Part shown: positions 1 to 11,981 of the stretch, piece by piece | How positions within the stretch are numbered: position 1 is the first letter of the stretch | Layout: every line of letters begins with the position of its first letter | DNA from: an uncultured Rhodohalobacter sp. | GTDB taxonomy: Bacteria > Bacteroidota > Rhodothermia > Balneolales > Balneolaceae | Length of the DNA: 64,000 nucleotides | Direction: 5' to 3' | Assembly: GCA_964401805.1 (NCBI GenBank) | Contig: CAYNZY010000007.1 | Coordinates: forward strand, 20,982-84,981 | The notes under the pieces: model-generated | Databases searched by the model: none | Seen by the model: the letters and a program-made list of their open reading frames with translations, nothing else | What the model was told of the DNA's origin: nothing | Program-made: the position numbers and the translations under genes

Positions 1-1704
1 CGCATTCGCCCCTATTTGACAGTAAGCAGGGGATTTGACCGCGGAAAGGATCTCTACCTGAATCGTCGCTACTGGACACAGAACAGCCGTTTGGAGGGAT
101 TCAGTCGTTTCCAACAGACCCTGGCCAAGCAACGGGGATATCAGCGACCGGACACTTTAGGTGGATTTATTGGTAGCCCTGTGAAGTACTATCAGCGGCT
201 TCGCTACACGAGCAATCATCTTTCACTGAATATCACCCAGGATAAAGATCCGGGCGAACCTCTCGAACATCCCACAGGTTTCGATTATACTTCGTGGCAT
301 ATTGCACTTCAGGATAACGGTCGACTCAGAGATTTAATCATTGGCGACTATAGTGTTGCTTTTGGTCAGGGGTTACTTTTATGGAGTGGCGGAGCTTTTG
401 GTAAGGGCAGTGCGGTGATCCAAACTCCAAACAAAAATGAGCGGGGAGTACGTCCATTTACGTCAGCACAAGAGATGATCGGTTTCAGGGGAGTTGCCGC
501 AACTTATGGCGAGCGATTGCAACTCACCGGTTTCTACTCAAACCGGCAGCGAACAGCGTCTGAGCTTGACGAAACATATATTCGCTTCCCCACCGAAAGT
601 GGGTATCACAGAACCTTGAATGAACGTGAAAGACGACTGAATGTAGCCCAGGAAACATTTGGGGGAAGAGCCAGAATCCAGATCCCGTACGGATTTTTCG
701 GCGTGTCCGGTTTTCATAACCGATTTGAACGTCCCGTCCAGGAAGGAACACTTCCCTGGCAGATCAACAACTTTTACGGAAAGGCTCTAAGCGGATACTC
801 AGCTGATTACAGGTTACTTGCAGGACCGGCACTCCTCTTCGGTGAGGCCGCCTACAGCAGTAATGGAGGTTATGGAGTACTTAGCGGAGCTCAACTTGAG
901 CTCGGGGATCAAACCGACGCTGTTGCGGTTTATCGCTATTACGACCCTGCATTTCAATCTATTTTTGGTGCAGGATTTGGAGAACAATCAGGAAATCCGG
1001 GAAATGAAGAAGGGTTTTATCTGGGAATCAGGCATGATCTAAATTCACAAGTTCAGTTCAGTGCCTATATCGATCAATTTCGGTTCCCCGCACCTCGCTT
1101 TCAGCAGCGTCAACCTTCGTCCGGATATGACTGGCTCTCTTTGATTGAATACAGTCCGAACTCGGATCTGCATTTTTATGCTCTATTCAGATATAAGTTA
1201 AGAGAAGAAGAATATGTAGATTTTGATGAACTGGGAAGAGAACTCAGAGTATTAGGAGACACCCGCCGGATGGGAGCAAGGTTCCAGGCGGAATATCAGG
1301 TGAATTCAAACTTAAGGCTGCGCACCCGTTTTGATATGGTCAGAGCCCGCTCCACTCCCGAAGATGCCAGCTGGGGATATCTTGTTTTCCAGGATATTCG
1401 ATTTTACCCGTTTCAAAACTTCAGGATCGACGCAAGAATAACCCTGTTCGATACGGACAATTTTGATTCAAGGGTATTCCAGTTCGAAAATGATCTGCTT
1501 TATGTTCTCTCCAACGCCATGCTTTTCGACCGTGGACAGCGAATGTACGTTGTCATTAACTATGAGGCAGCTACATGGCTTGACTTTTGGCTAAAAGCGG
1601 CAACAACCGTTTATAGTAACCGTGACATAATCAGCAGTGGAAACCTTCAGATTGATGGAAACCGCCGGAGTGACATCGGAATTCAGGCACGGGTAAGATT
1701 CTAA
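1..1704 (+). CDS. Helix-hairpin-helix (ComEA-like) domain outer-membrane beta-barrel protein, 5'-truncated by the window edge
   Basis: Frame is open from base 1 (RIRPYLTV, resembling the end of an HhH motif). It contains KDPGE, GDYSVAFGQGL and SRVFQFENDLLY motifs typical of this FCB family and ends in an aromatic C-terminus (ARVRF). Confidence 0.65.
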   Translation, partial: RIRPYLTVSRGFDRGKDLYLNRRYWTQNSRLEGFSRFQQTLAKQRGYQRPDTLGGFIGSPVKYYQRLRYTSNHLSLNITQDKDPGEPLEHPTGFDYTSWHIALQDNGRLRDLIIGDYSVAFGQGLLLWSGGAFGKGSAVIQTPNKNERGVRPFTSAQEMIGFRGVAATYGERLQLTGFYSNRQRTASELDETYIRFPTESGYHRTLNERERRLNVAQETFGGRARIQIPYGFFGVSGFHNRFERPVQEGTLPWQINNFYGKALSGYSADYRLLAGPALLFGEAAYSSNGGYGVLSGAQLELGDQTDAVAVYRYYDPAFQSIFGAGFGEQSGNPGNEEGFYLGIRHDLNSQVQFSAYIDQFRFPAPRFQQRQPSSGYDWLSLIEYSPNSDLHFYALFRYKLREEEYVDFDELGRELRVLGDTRRMGARFQAEYQVNSNLRLRTRFDMVRARSTPEDASWGYLVFQDIRFYPFQNFRIDARITLFDTDNFDSRVFQFENDLLYVLSNAMLFDRGQRMYVVINYEAATWLDFWLKAATTVYSNRDIISSGNLQIDGNRRSDIGIQARVRF

Positions 1705-1947
1705 AATCGAATCATCTAAAAACGTAGCTAATCTATCGGCCGTAACCCTTGCCAGCGGCTTACTCATTACTCCTTTTTTGCAAAATTATCCGAATTATTA
1801 ATTTAATTATTTAGTTGTTTAATAAATTATGACTTATTAATTAACTAAAAAGCGCTTCCAAGTTAAATTCTATTGCAAACATGAAGATTTATAACATTAT
1901 TTATTCAGTGATAAACATTTAGAAGTTCTCAATCAGCCCTCCCTCTT

Positions 1948-4900
1948 ATGGACCACTTCAACTATTTTAAGGATAAATCTTCCTGTGGTGTTGGTTTTAT
2001 TGCCAGCAGAAATAATGAGTATTCCCACGAAAACCTGCAGAAAGCTCTCCATGCGCTCAGTTGTGTTGAGCACCGTGGGGCATGCAATGCCGATTTCATC
2101 TCAAGTGACGGTGCCGGAATAATGGCGGATATTCCATTTAGGCTATTTGGATATGAAAAAGGTGAAGTAGCTGTAGCAACGATATTTGCTCCACACTATA
2201 GCCCGAGAAGAAGAAAAGCACTTCGAATTTTTGAAGAAACGTTTCAGTTTTACGGCCTTGAGGTGCTCGAGTATAGAACCGTTCCGGTTGACGTATCAGT
2301 ACTTGGCGATATTGCTAAAGAGTCGATGCCGTATATACTGCATGCTATTATTAAAAGACCGGCTCATTGCCGAACCGACAGCTCATTTGATAAGCTGCTA
2401 TTTACGGCCAAGCAAATGACCCGTACCAAAGAGAAGGATCAGGGAATTATCCGTGAGTTCTTTTTTACTTCTCTTTCAGCACGAACCATTGTCTATAAGG
2501 CGCTTACCAAAGCAAACTCTCTCAAAGACTTTTACCTGGATCTTCAAAATCCTGATTTTAAAACAAGATTTGCGCTTTTTCATCGACGTTTTTCAACCAA
2601 CACGAAAACGTCCTGGGACAAAACTCAACCGTTTCGAATAATCGCCCACAATGGAGAGATTAACACCATTACAGGAAATCGGTCCTGGGCTATATCCAGG
2701 GAAAAGTATCTCGGTGTTCCTAAAGATGAGCTTCTCACAAGACAACAGATTAGCGATTCCGGCAGCCTGAACGAAATGGTTGAAGCCCTCACCTATCGCA
2801 GCAGTATTCCTTTTGTGGAAGATATTCTCGCTATTATGATCCCACCCGCAAAACAGGGAAATAGTTTTTATAAGTTCTGGAGTAGAGCAATGGAACCGTG
2901 GGACGGACCCGCCTTTATTTCTTACTCGGACGGATCATCCATCGGCGGGCGTCTCGACAGAAATGGTTTTCGGCCCTGTCGCTGGGTTGTAACTGACGAC
3001 CATCTTTATCTAAGCTCAGAAACCGGATCCTTCGATATTGATCCTGCGGAAGTAAAAAGAAAAGGAACTCTACAGGCCGGAAACGGAATAAAAATGGAGC
3101 TCGAAAATGGTAAAATCCACTTCCGGGATCCCAGCTACTCGCGCGAAAATTATGACGCCGATTTTGAGCACCGTCTCGAACCTCTCAAACCGGGAATCAT
3201 TACGGAAGCTGATAACAGCCTGATCAATAAGCATTTGTTTAAGTACACACGCGAAGATATTGAAAACTTGCTGGTACCCATGATTACGGATGGCAAAGAA
3301 CCCATTGGTTCGATGGGCGACACCGCCAGACCGGCCTTGTTTTCTGATCAGCCTCGCTCCTTTTTTGACTATTTTTATCAGAACTTCGCACAGGTAACGA
3401 ACCCGCCTCTCGATTATATCCGTGAAAAGATGGTCACAGACTTAAGCATGTACCTTGGGAAACGGCCCAATATATTTTCACCCAAAGAGCTGATACCACA
3501 ATTTCCCGGTTTTGAAATTGAATCACCGCTACTTTCCTTGGGGCAGATGAAAACGCTCAGAGGTATTAACAATTCGCCATCCAGAATTGTGACTGCTGAA
3601 TTTGAGATGACGTTTTCAAGAGACTATGGCGAAGTTGGCTTCAGATCGACTATCAGGGACATTACCGAAAAAGCGATCAAAGCAGTTAAAGACGGAGCTA
3701 CAATCCTGATTATATCAGATCGAAACGCAACGTCTAATCAACCTCCGATACCAAGTCTTTTAATGCTTCGATCTTTGGTAAATGCATTGAATGAGTCTGG
3801 ATTGCGACTGAATGCATCTATTGTAGTGGATACAGCCGAAGTAAAAAATACACACCAGTTTGCCGCACTTGTAGGCTTTGGTGCCACTGCCGTATGCCCT
3901 TACAAAGCACTTGAGTTTGCAAGATTCGGCGATCACAGGAAATTCAAAAATCTTGAAGCTGACACTCGCGAAGAAAATGTGATCAAAGCATTTAATACCG
4001 GCCTGCTCAAAATTATGTCGAAATCAGGTATTTCTGTGGCTCGAAGCTATCAGACTTCAAAACTATTTACCGCACTTGGGATTGGTAAGGAGTTGAGAGA
4101 CCTGTTTTTCCCGGGGTTATTTTCCCCAGTTAAGGGTATTGATGTAAAAGAGGTAGTACGACAGATCATCAACCATTCCGAAATTGCTGAAGAGATGGCA
4201 GATGATGATAAACCGATCCACACCTTTCTATACAAAGAGCACAACAGAGGTACGAAAGGCGAAAAGCATTCCATGACCAATACCCAGTCGAAGATTGTTC
4301 ATAAATTGGTTCGTGACAAAAATCTTTCTCTGGATAACATCGAACTCTACAACGAATACTTAAAAGCCGGCGAAGACTCCGATCCTGTAAATATCCGAGA
4401 TCTCTTCACATTCAGGACAACCGGTGATCAAATTGATTTAGACAGGGTTGAACACCGGAATAAAATCTTACAGCGATTTGGATCCGGTGCCATGAGTTTT
4501 GGCGCCATTAGTGCCGAATCGCAACGAGATATCTTCCTCGCTATGGAAGAAATCGGTGGCCGGTCGAACAGCGGAGAGGGTGGGGAAAATCCATATTACT
4601 ACACTCTTGGCATCTCCGCATCCACGAAACAGGTTGCCAGTGGGCGATTTGGTGTCACGGCCGAGTATTTGATGGCCGGAAATGAGTTTCAGATTAAAAT
4701 TGCGCAGGGAGCCAAGCCCGGTGAGGGTGGACAGCTGATGGGAGTAAAAGTAAATGAAGATATCGCTTTTGCTCGTCACAGTGAGCCGGGATTCGACCTT
4801 ATATCCCCTCCGCCACTTCACGACATTTACAGCATTGAAGATCTCAAACAGCTGATTTACGAGCTTAAACAGATTAAGCCATCCGCAAAAGTAAATGTAA

Positions 4901-6399
4901 AACTGGTTTCCGGTGAAAATATTGGAACGATCGCCGTTGGTGTTGCCAAAGCCGGAGCTGATGTGATTCATATTTCGGGAGGTGACGGCGGAACAGGAGC
5001 CGCAACACTCACATCCATGAAACACGCAGGCCTACCCTGGGAAATCGGTCTGTTTGAAGTTCATAAAACTCTTTGCAAACATGGCCTGAGAAAATTTGTG
5101 GAATTGCGTACAGATGGCGGGCTCCAGACCGGAGCCGATATTGTGTCTGCGGCCATGTTAGGTGCTGAAGGATTCGACTTCGGCAAGCTTCTGCTGATTG
5201 CCGAAGGCTGTGTAATGGCCCGGATTTGCGAAAAAAACACCTGCCCCACCGGTATCGCCACACACAATCCGAAGTTCAAAGCTAAATATAAAGGCAAGAA
5301 AGAGCATGTTGTAAAAATGCTTGAGTATCTGGCAGAAGATGTGAGACGTCACCTTGCATCCATTGGTGCAGACTCGCTGAATCAACTGATTGGTCGGGTA
5401 GATCTTCTTACAGTGAAAGAAAACCACCAGGAATTGGTAGAGTCCAGAAATATTGACCTGGGCTACTTTTCTTCAGATGAGGACGACAATCTTCACCAAT
5501 TCAACAATCAAAACAACCCTTTTAATGAGGGGATCAGTGAGTTTAATAAGCTCTTTCTGGATCGATGTAAGGAGATTGTTGAAAATGAAGGGGAATACGA
5601 ACATAAAGGGAAAATCAACTCCACAGACAGGGCCGCACTTGCAACGCTTTCGGGAGCGATAGCGGCAAAGGTTTCAAGCAAGAGAATGTCGGAAATTGAA
5701 GAAAAGGGTGAAGCTCAATCAGACCACCGCTTCAACGGCAAAATCGATCTGGAGTTCACCGGAAGTGCAGGACAGGGCTTTGGTGTATTCCTGAATGAAG
5801 GGCTGCATGTAAAACTTTGGGGCGAAGCTAACGACTCGGTCTGTAAGGCGATGTCGGGAGGCTCGATGGTGATTAATCCCCCACAAGAGACCATATATAA
5901 TCCGTCTGAAAATGCCATTATTGGGAACTGTGCCCTGTATGGAGCAACGGGTGGAACCTTGTACGTTCATGGATTAGCAGGCGACCGATTTGCCGTACGA
6001 AACAGTGGCGCTGTGGCTGTGGTGGAAGGAACCGGAATGCATCCGTGTGAATATATGACGAACGGCACCGTAGTGATTCTTGGAACTGTATCCAGTAACG
6101 TTGGCGCCGGAATGACCGGAGGAACGCTTTATTTGAGACGCGATCAGATTCACCAGATCAATGAGGAGTATGTGACTCCGCTAGAACTCGATAAAGCTTC
6201 CTCTAAAAAACTAAAAAATCTGATCACCGATTACTTTGAAAAAACGAACAGTGGAGCAGCTAAAATGTATCTCGACAACTGGCCTGAACAGAAGAAGCAA
6301 CTTGTAAGGCTAAAGCCCAATGGTGTAATTGCAAATGCAAAAGCAGCCGCAGAAGGCGAGGGTAAAAAGCGAGTTCCGCTAAAAAAAGCAAAACAATAA
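1948..6399 (+). CDS. gltB: Glutamate synthase large subunit
   Basis: N-terminal CGVGF nucleophile, HRRFSTNT, HNGEINT, MEPWDGPA, QVTNPPLD, GAMSFGAIS, IKIAQGAKPGEGGQL, 3Fe-4S motif CVMARICEKNTCPTGIAT and C-terminal GXGXG repeats. Confidence 0.97.
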   Translation: MDHFNYFKDKSSCGVGFIASRNNEYSHENLQKALHALSCVEHRGACNADFISSDGAGIMADIPFRLFGYEKGEVAVATIFAPHYSPRRRKALRIFEETFQFYGLEVLEYRTVPVDVSVLGDIAKESMPYILHAIIKRPAHCRTDSSFDKLLFTAKQMTRTKEKDQGIIREFFFTSLSARTIVYKALTKANSLKDFYLDLQNPDFKTRFALFHRRFSTNTKTSWDKTQPFRIIAHNGEINTITGNRSWAISREKYLGVPKDELLTRQQISDSGSLNEMVEALTYRSSIPFVEDILAIMIPPAKQGNSFYKFWSRAMEPWDGPAFISYSDGSSIGGRLDRNGFRPCRWVVTDDHLYLSSETGSFDIDPAEVKRKGTLQAGNGIKMELENGKIHFRDPSYSRENYDADFEHRLEPLKPGIITEADNSLINKHLFKYTREDIENLLVPMITDGKEPIGSMGDTARPALFSDQPRSFFDYFYQNFAQVTNPPLDYIREKMVTDLSMYLGKRPNIFSPKELIPQFPGFEIESPLLSLGQMKTLRGINNSPSRIVTAEFEMTFSRDYGEVGFRSTIRDITEKAIKAVKDGATILIISDRNATSNQPPIPSLLMLRSLVNALNESGLRLNASIVVDTAEVKNTHQFAALVGFGATAVCPYKALEFARFGDHRKFKNLEADTREENVIKAFNTGLLKIMSKSGISVARSYQTSKLFTALGIGKELRDLFFPGLFSPVKGIDVKEVVRQIINHSEIAEEMADDDKPIHTFLYKEHNRGTKGEKHSMTNTQSKIVHKLVRDKNLSLDNIELYNEYLKAGEDSDPVNIRDLFTFRTTGDQIDLDRVEHRNKILQRFGSGAMSFGAISAESQRDIFLAMEEIGGRSNSGEGGENPYYYTLGISASTKQVASGRFGVTAEYLMAGNEFQIKIAQGAKPGEGGQLMGVKVNEDIAFARHSEPGFDLISPPPLHDIYSIEDLKQLIYELKQIKPSAKVNVKLVSGENIGTIAVGVAKAGADVIHISGGDGGTGAATLTSMKHAGLPWEIGLFEVHKTLCKHGLRKFVELRTDGGLQTGADIVSAAMLGAEGFDFGKLLLIAEGCVMARICEKNTCPTGIATHNPKFKAKYKGKKEHVVKMLEYLAEDVRRHLASIGADSLNQLIGRVDLLTVKENHQELVESRNIDLGYFSSDEDDNLHQFNNQNNPFNEGISEFNKLFLDRCKEIVENEGEYEHKGKINSTDRAALATLSGAIAAKVSSKRMSEIEEKGEAQSDHRFNGKIDLEFTGSAGQGFGVFLNEGLHVKLWGEANDSVCKAMSGGSMVINPPQETIYNPSENAIIGNCALYGATGGTLYVHGLAGDRFAVRNSGAVAVVEGTGMHPCEYMTNGTVVILGTVSSNVGAGMTGGTLYLRRDQIHQINEEYVTPLELDKASSKKLKNLITDYFEKTNSGAAKMYLDNWPEQKKQLVRLKPNGVIANAKAAAEGEGKKRVPLKKAKQ

Positions 6400-6431
6400 A
6401 AAAGGCCTCTTCAAAATATTCTGAAGAGGCC
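6398..6431 (-). terminator. Intrinsic terminator between convergent gltB and pgk (possibly bidirectional)
   Basis: GGCCTCTTCA-N8-TGAAGAGGCC stem preceded by an A-run, which reads as a U-tract on the minus strand. Confidence 0.8.
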
Positions 6432-6484
6432 GGATATTTTTAATTGGTGTTACTTATTCAATGAGATCTCTACTCATTGATTAT

Positions 6485-7678
<1,194 letters not shown>

Positions 7679-7880
7679 AGTTTTTTCAGTTTTTTAGATT
7701 GTACATCAAAATTTTAGTATTGATCGTCAACTCTACGCTCTTTGTTTAATACTTACTGATTCAAATCAGCCGAAGTTATTATCGATACAAATGAGAACAG
7801 TTCACGTCTTATCTCCTAAATTTATCAACGATCATCTATTTAAAATACAGGGATTACAAGTCTAATCGAAACAACTTAGG

Positions 7881-7977
7881 ATGAAATTCTACTCTTTTGT
7901 CAATAATACTGCTTGTCCTACTGCTAACCGTTGAGGCTCAGAAACATTCGGGTATCAAAATCTATTTATGGCGATGA
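7881..7977 (+). pseudogene. Frameshifted signal-peptide-only gene remnant
   Basis: ATG at 7881. Removing one base after ATGAAA gives MKSTLLSIILLVLLLTVEA-Q..., which looks like a Sec signal peptide, then stops after about 12 more codons. Confidence 0.4.
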
Positions 7978-7987
7978 GTAACGCGGT

Positions 7988-8698
7988 TTACAAATCCAGA
8001 TAGTTTAGCAGATCTTCAAACTTATCAAATTCAAAATCGGGTGAAACCTCCGTATTCCCGTTTCGGCTCTCCTCTTTATCAATCAACGCTGTAAACCACG
8101 CCGTTTTCCAGCCGGCGTTATTGCCGCCAACAATATCCGACGAGAAAGAATCGCCCACATAGAGAATTTCATCTCTTGGAACTCCCGCTTTTTCAGTTGC
8201 AACATCAAACACAATTGGATGGGGCTTCAACTTTCCGATCTCTTCCGTGATCAACAACGGACTGCAATAATCCTTGATGTTTAACTTGTCAAATTTCAGC
8301 TCCTGAGTCTCTTTGAAACCGTTTGTGATAATTCCGGATTTAACCTTGGAGCTCACCAGTTTTAATACGGACTGTGCACCATCAACCCAAGACCAGTACT
8401 CTCTGTAGCTGTTCATATAATAGTTACCAATCTCTTCACTATTGGAGGTATCCAGCTCAAACTTTTCCATCGTATTTCGGAACCGGGCACTTTGAAGTTC
8501 ATACCGATTAATCTCATCTCGCTGATAACTCTCCCACAACACGTGATTAACCATTTGATACTGCTCCAGCCATTCGTCGATAGGAACTTGCTGAAGTACC
8601 GGATACTGATTGTATGTAGAGCGCTGCGCTTTTCCCTCTGCTGAAATATGATCCAGTAGAGTATTGTCGAGATCGAAGTAAACGAAAGATGGTTTCAT
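7988..8698 (-). CDS. HAD-superfamily hydrolase, YjjG-like nucleotidase
   Basis: FDLDNTLLD motif I, ITNG motif II, KPHP and VGDSFSSDIVGG motifs III/IV. Confidence 0.9.
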   Translation of the reverse strand: MKPSFVYFDLDNTLLDHISAEGKAQRSTYNQYPVLQQVPIDEWLEQYQMVNHVLWESYQRDEINRYELQSARFRNTMEKFELDTSNSEEIGNYYMNSYREYWSWVDGAQSVLKLVSSKVKSGIITNGFKETQELKFDKLNIKDYCSPLLITEEIGKLKPHPIVFDVATEKAGVPRDEILYVGDSFSSDIVGGNNAGWKTAWFTALIDKEESRNGNTEVSPDFEFDKFEDLLNYLDL

Positions 8699-8857
8699 GT
8701 ATAGCTGGCTTTTGCAATTTTACCTGATTAAATCCAACCCAAAGGTACGGTCTTTAACAACAAATCAGACATTTTTTAAATAACATGAATCTATCCCAAT
8801 TCAGTTTCGTATATTTTGTTTTAAGACATTTAAACAATAACTAAATACCTGAAATCA

Positions 8858-9445
8858 ATGAATATCAAGACCTGGCTTGGAATTGGGGTTATCGCCTTTA
8901 TCGTAATTTACGCTGTGGGACTAAACAACTCGCTGATTGAAAAAGAAGAGGGAGTCAATCAAGCATGGGCTCAGGTTGAGAATCAATATCAGCGTCGCGC
9001 TGATCTGATTCCAAACCTTGTGAGTACCGTTCGTGGAGCCGCTAATTTTGAACAGGAAACCATCACTCAGGTTATTGAGGCCAGAAGCCGGGCAACTTCC
9101 GTGAACCTGGAGGCCGGCGATTTGAACAATCCTCAGGCTCTGCAGCAGTTTGATCAGGCACAGCAGCAGTTGAGTGGGGCACTATCCAGACTGCTTGTTA
9201 CCGTGGAGCGCTACCCGGAATTGACGGCAACTCAAAATTTTCGTGATCTCCAAACTCAGCTCGAGGGCACTGAAAATCGCATCTCAACAGAACGAATGCG
9301 CTTCAACAGGACAGCTCAAGAGTACAATACATCAATCCGCCGATTTCCGGCCAACATGATAGCTGGAATTTTTGGTCATGAACAAAAAGCCTATTTTGAA
9401 GCCGTTGACGGCGCTGAACAAGCTCCTGAAGTTTCATTTGATTAA
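8858..9445 (+). CDS. lemA: LemA family protein
   Basis: N-terminal TM segment, WAQVENQYQRRADLIPNLV, ERYPELTA, LEGTENRI. Confidence 0.95.
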   Translation: MNIKTWLGIGVIAFIVIYAVGLNNSLIEKEEGVNQAWAQVENQYQRRADLIPNLVSTVRGAANFEQETITQVIEARSRATSVNLEAGDLNNPQALQQFDQAQQQLSGALSRLLVTVERYPELTATQNFRDLQTQLEGTENRISTERMRFNRTAQEYNTSIRRFPANMIAGIFGHEQKAYFEAVDGAEQAPEVSFD

Positions 9446-9456
9446 CCCATTTAACT

Positions 9457-9918
9457 ATGCCAGCCAGAGAATTTTTATCCGAAGAAGATGAGAAACTACT
9501 CGTCGATGCCATTGAACGTGCTGAAATAGACACAACCGGTGAAATTAGAGTTCACATCGAATTTAAGTGTAAAAAAGACCCCTTGGAACGAGCCAAAGAA
9601 CTCTTCCATGAACTGGAAATGGATCAAACAGAAGCCCGAAACGGGGTCATTCTATACATTGCAACTGACGATAAAAAAGTGGCCATTTTCGGCGATGAAG
9701 GTTTCAGCAAAAAAGTAAATGACCATTTTTGGCAGGATGAAATTGACAGCCTGATTTCTGAATTTAAAAAAGGGAATTTTGAAGCAGGAATTGAACGGGT
9801 AGTCGGGGATATTGGAGAAAAGCTTAAAACATATTTCCCCAGTGACGGGAATGACCCCGACGAACTGGGGAACGAGATTAGCTTTAAGAATAATAGAGAA
9901 ATTCAAAATGATGACTAA
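9457..9918 (+). CDS. TPM domain protein
   Basis: AEIDTTGEIRVHIE and RNGVILYIA...AIFGDEG; usual position downstream of lemA. Confidence 0.9.
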   Translation: MPAREFLSEEDEKLLVDAIERAEIDTTGEIRVHIEFKCKKDPLERAKELFHELEMDQTEARNGVILYIATDDKKVAIFGDEGFSKKVNDHFWQDEIDSLISEFKKGNFEAGIERVVGDIGEKLKTYFPSDGNDPDELGNEISFKNNREIQNDD

Positions 9919-10732
9919 GCGACATCTGACCACAACTGCACCTACACCTTCATCAGCAACTATTATCATTCTATTTCTGGCATTCACCTTTATTTCAGGC
10001 TTAGGTGAGGGCATAGCTCAAAACTTTCCACAAACTCCTTCAGGGCATGTCAATGACTATGCCGACGTTTTAAGTTCGGGGCAAGAGCAACAGCTTGAAC
10101 GAAAATTGCGGGCCTATCGCGACAGTACTTCCAACGTCATTGCCATAGCCATACTTGAGAACCTGCAGGGAGTTTCGCGTGAGGAAGCAGCGAATACCAT
10201 TTTCAATTCATGGCGAATGTGGGAGGGCGAACGACAAAACGGTGTGCTAATATTGGTTGCCGTAGAGGATCGCCAGATGCAGATTGAAGTAGGGTACGGG
10301 CTGGAAGGTGCTGTAACCGATCTCATGGCCGGGCGGATTGTAGACCAGATCCTGAGGCCAAATTTCAGAAGAAGTGACTTTTACAGTGGTCTTGATGAAG
10401 CCAGCACATCCATCATGCGTCTTGCCGCCGGCGAATATGACGCAGTTCCACAACAAAGTAATGATAAACCTGCAGTAGTTGTCTTTATAGTCATCTTACT
10501 GATCCTCTTTTCTGTGATTTACATTTTGGTTAAAGCAGGTGGAGGAAGCGGTGGCGGACGTGGCCGAAAACGCCAAACTCTCGGTTCAGGCGGTGTTGTA
10601 GTCTGGGGCGGTGGATTTGGTGGCGGTGGCCGTTCTTCGGGAGGATTTGGCGGAGGCGGCGGAAGTTTTGGAGGCTTTAGCGGCGGCGGTGGATTTGGTT
10701 CAGGAGGTGGCGGCGCCGGCGGTGGGTGGTGA
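9908..10732 (+). CDS. TPM domain (YgcG-like) membrane protein with Gly-rich tail
   Basis: VNDYADVLS, NGVLILVA, IEVGYGLEG, a TM helix and GGGSFGG...GAGGGW tail. Start moved to ATG 9908/9911, overlapping the previous stop. Confidence 0.9.
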   Translation: MMTKRHLTTTAPTPSSATIIILFLAFTFISGLGEGIAQNFPQTPSGHVNDYADVLSSGQEQQLERKLRAYRDSTSNVIAIAILENLQGVSREEAANTIFNSWRMWEGERQNGVLILVAVEDRQMQIEVGYGLEGAVTDLMAGRIVDQILRPNFRRSDFYSGLDEASTSIMRLAAGEYDAVPQQSNDKPAVVVFIVILLILFSVIYILVKAGGGSGGGRGRKRQTLGSGGVVVWGGGFGGGGRSSGGFGGGGGSFGGFSGGGGFGSGGGGAGGGW

Positions 10733-10842
10733 TCTACATTATGCCAGAGAAAGATTACTCAATAATAAGTCAATCCTTATCTGGATGGATTTAGACAGAG
10801 TTTATAACTGTAAAAGCATGTTACAGAAATTACTATGCAGGT

Positions 10843-11724
10843 TTAAAAAGCTCTAAACCACTGCAGGAAAGGTATCGGTACAGGGAGTAATTCACCTTCA
10901 GCAGCAACGCCCGCAAAACCAAATTGGAAGGCTTTACCCGGACCGGAATGAAGTCTGACTGAAGGGATGATTAGAGCTCCAAGAACTTCATTTTCCAACT
11001 CTGCAAAGATGAATGAATCTAAGACAAGACTCACTCTGTTACTGATGCGAGTGGTACCGGCTACAGAAAAGAATGTGGCCTGATCTGAATCAGTTTCATC
11101 ATCATAGTAAAATCCATGCCCTACAGACAGTGATAGATTTCTTTCGTATTGACCGAAAGTAACGGTTCCAAATGGAACTGCAAGCCCGAACTCCGGTGCT
11201 GCCCACGAACCTGTTCCAAGCATGGCTCCAATTGAAAAACCAATATTTTTATCTTTTAGAAAACTGTATTTTGCCGAGCCAAAAATAGGAACACCTACCC
11301 ATGTGGTTGTAATACCCATACTAATGTTATCACTTATACCAAACTGAACGTCAGGTCCGTACAAATTCCATATTATAAAATTATTCCCTTTCCTTAGTGG
11401 ATGCGCACTCGAAGAAAGGTAATACCGTGAGGCAAATTTACTTTCTTCTTGAATTTGGCCATTTCGATCCAATTCATTTTCATTCAGCTCCCTGATTTCT
11501 TTAATTTCATGCTTTGGAATCGCAACCTCTCCAAGATTTTCAGTCTTTATTATAACCTCCTGCGCATTTTCAGAAATTATATTACCGATATATCTTGCTC
11601 CATCATTTTTGATCACAAGATAAGTTTTATCAGGGGCATAGTTATTCTGTGCATAGAGTTGAGTAGTGAATAAAGTGATAGAAATCAGAATGAGTAGCGT
11701 GAAAAAACGAACTGAATGCTTCAT
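10843..11724 (-). CDS. Exported hypothetical protein, probable outer-membrane beta-barrel
   Basis: Signal peptide ending LYA-Q, a small N-terminal domain (LVIKNDGARYIGNII), alternating beta-strands and terminal Phe. Confidence 0.6.
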   Translation of the reverse strand: MKHSVRFFTLLILISITLFTTQLYAQNNYAPDKTYLVIKNDGARYIGNIISENAQEVIIKTENLGEVAIPKHEIKEIRELNENELDRNGQIQEESKFASRYYLSSSAHPLRKGNNFIIWNLYGPDVQFGISDNISMGITTTWVGVPIFGSAKYSFLKDKNIGFSIGAMLGTGSWAAPEFGLAVPFGTVTFGQYERNLSLSVGHGFYYDDETDSDQATFFSVAGTTRISNRVSLVLDSFIFAELENEVLGALIIPSVRLHSGPGKAFQFGFAGVAAEGELLPVPIPFLQWFRAF

Positions 11725-11937
11725 ATTTAAATAGTGATTTTATATTTGCACCTACTAAATCCATTACACCAGAAATAGCTAATAAACGGAGCCAAATTTC
11801 TTAAATAAAAGCAGAATAACAAATACAAAATTTAAGTTTTCACTTTTTTCAATCCCTGTTTTGGTGGATCCACCACACATGCCGGCTGCCATACATATAC
11901 CAAAAGAAGTGATTCGCGTGGAGTGATGATTTAACCG

Positions 11938-11968
11938 GACCTCCAAGGTTTTCAAAACCTTGAAGGTC
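11938..11968. repeat. REP-like palindrome family B, copy 1
   Basis: GACCTCCAAGGTTTTCAAAACCTTGAAGGTC; related copies at 36873 and 40005. Confidence 0.75.
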
Positions 11969-11981
11969 TAACTACTCAAAC

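Noticed and set aside
10540-10730. GGC/GGT-rich low-complexity repeat
   Set aside because: It encodes the normal Gly-rich tail of YgcG/TPM proteins.
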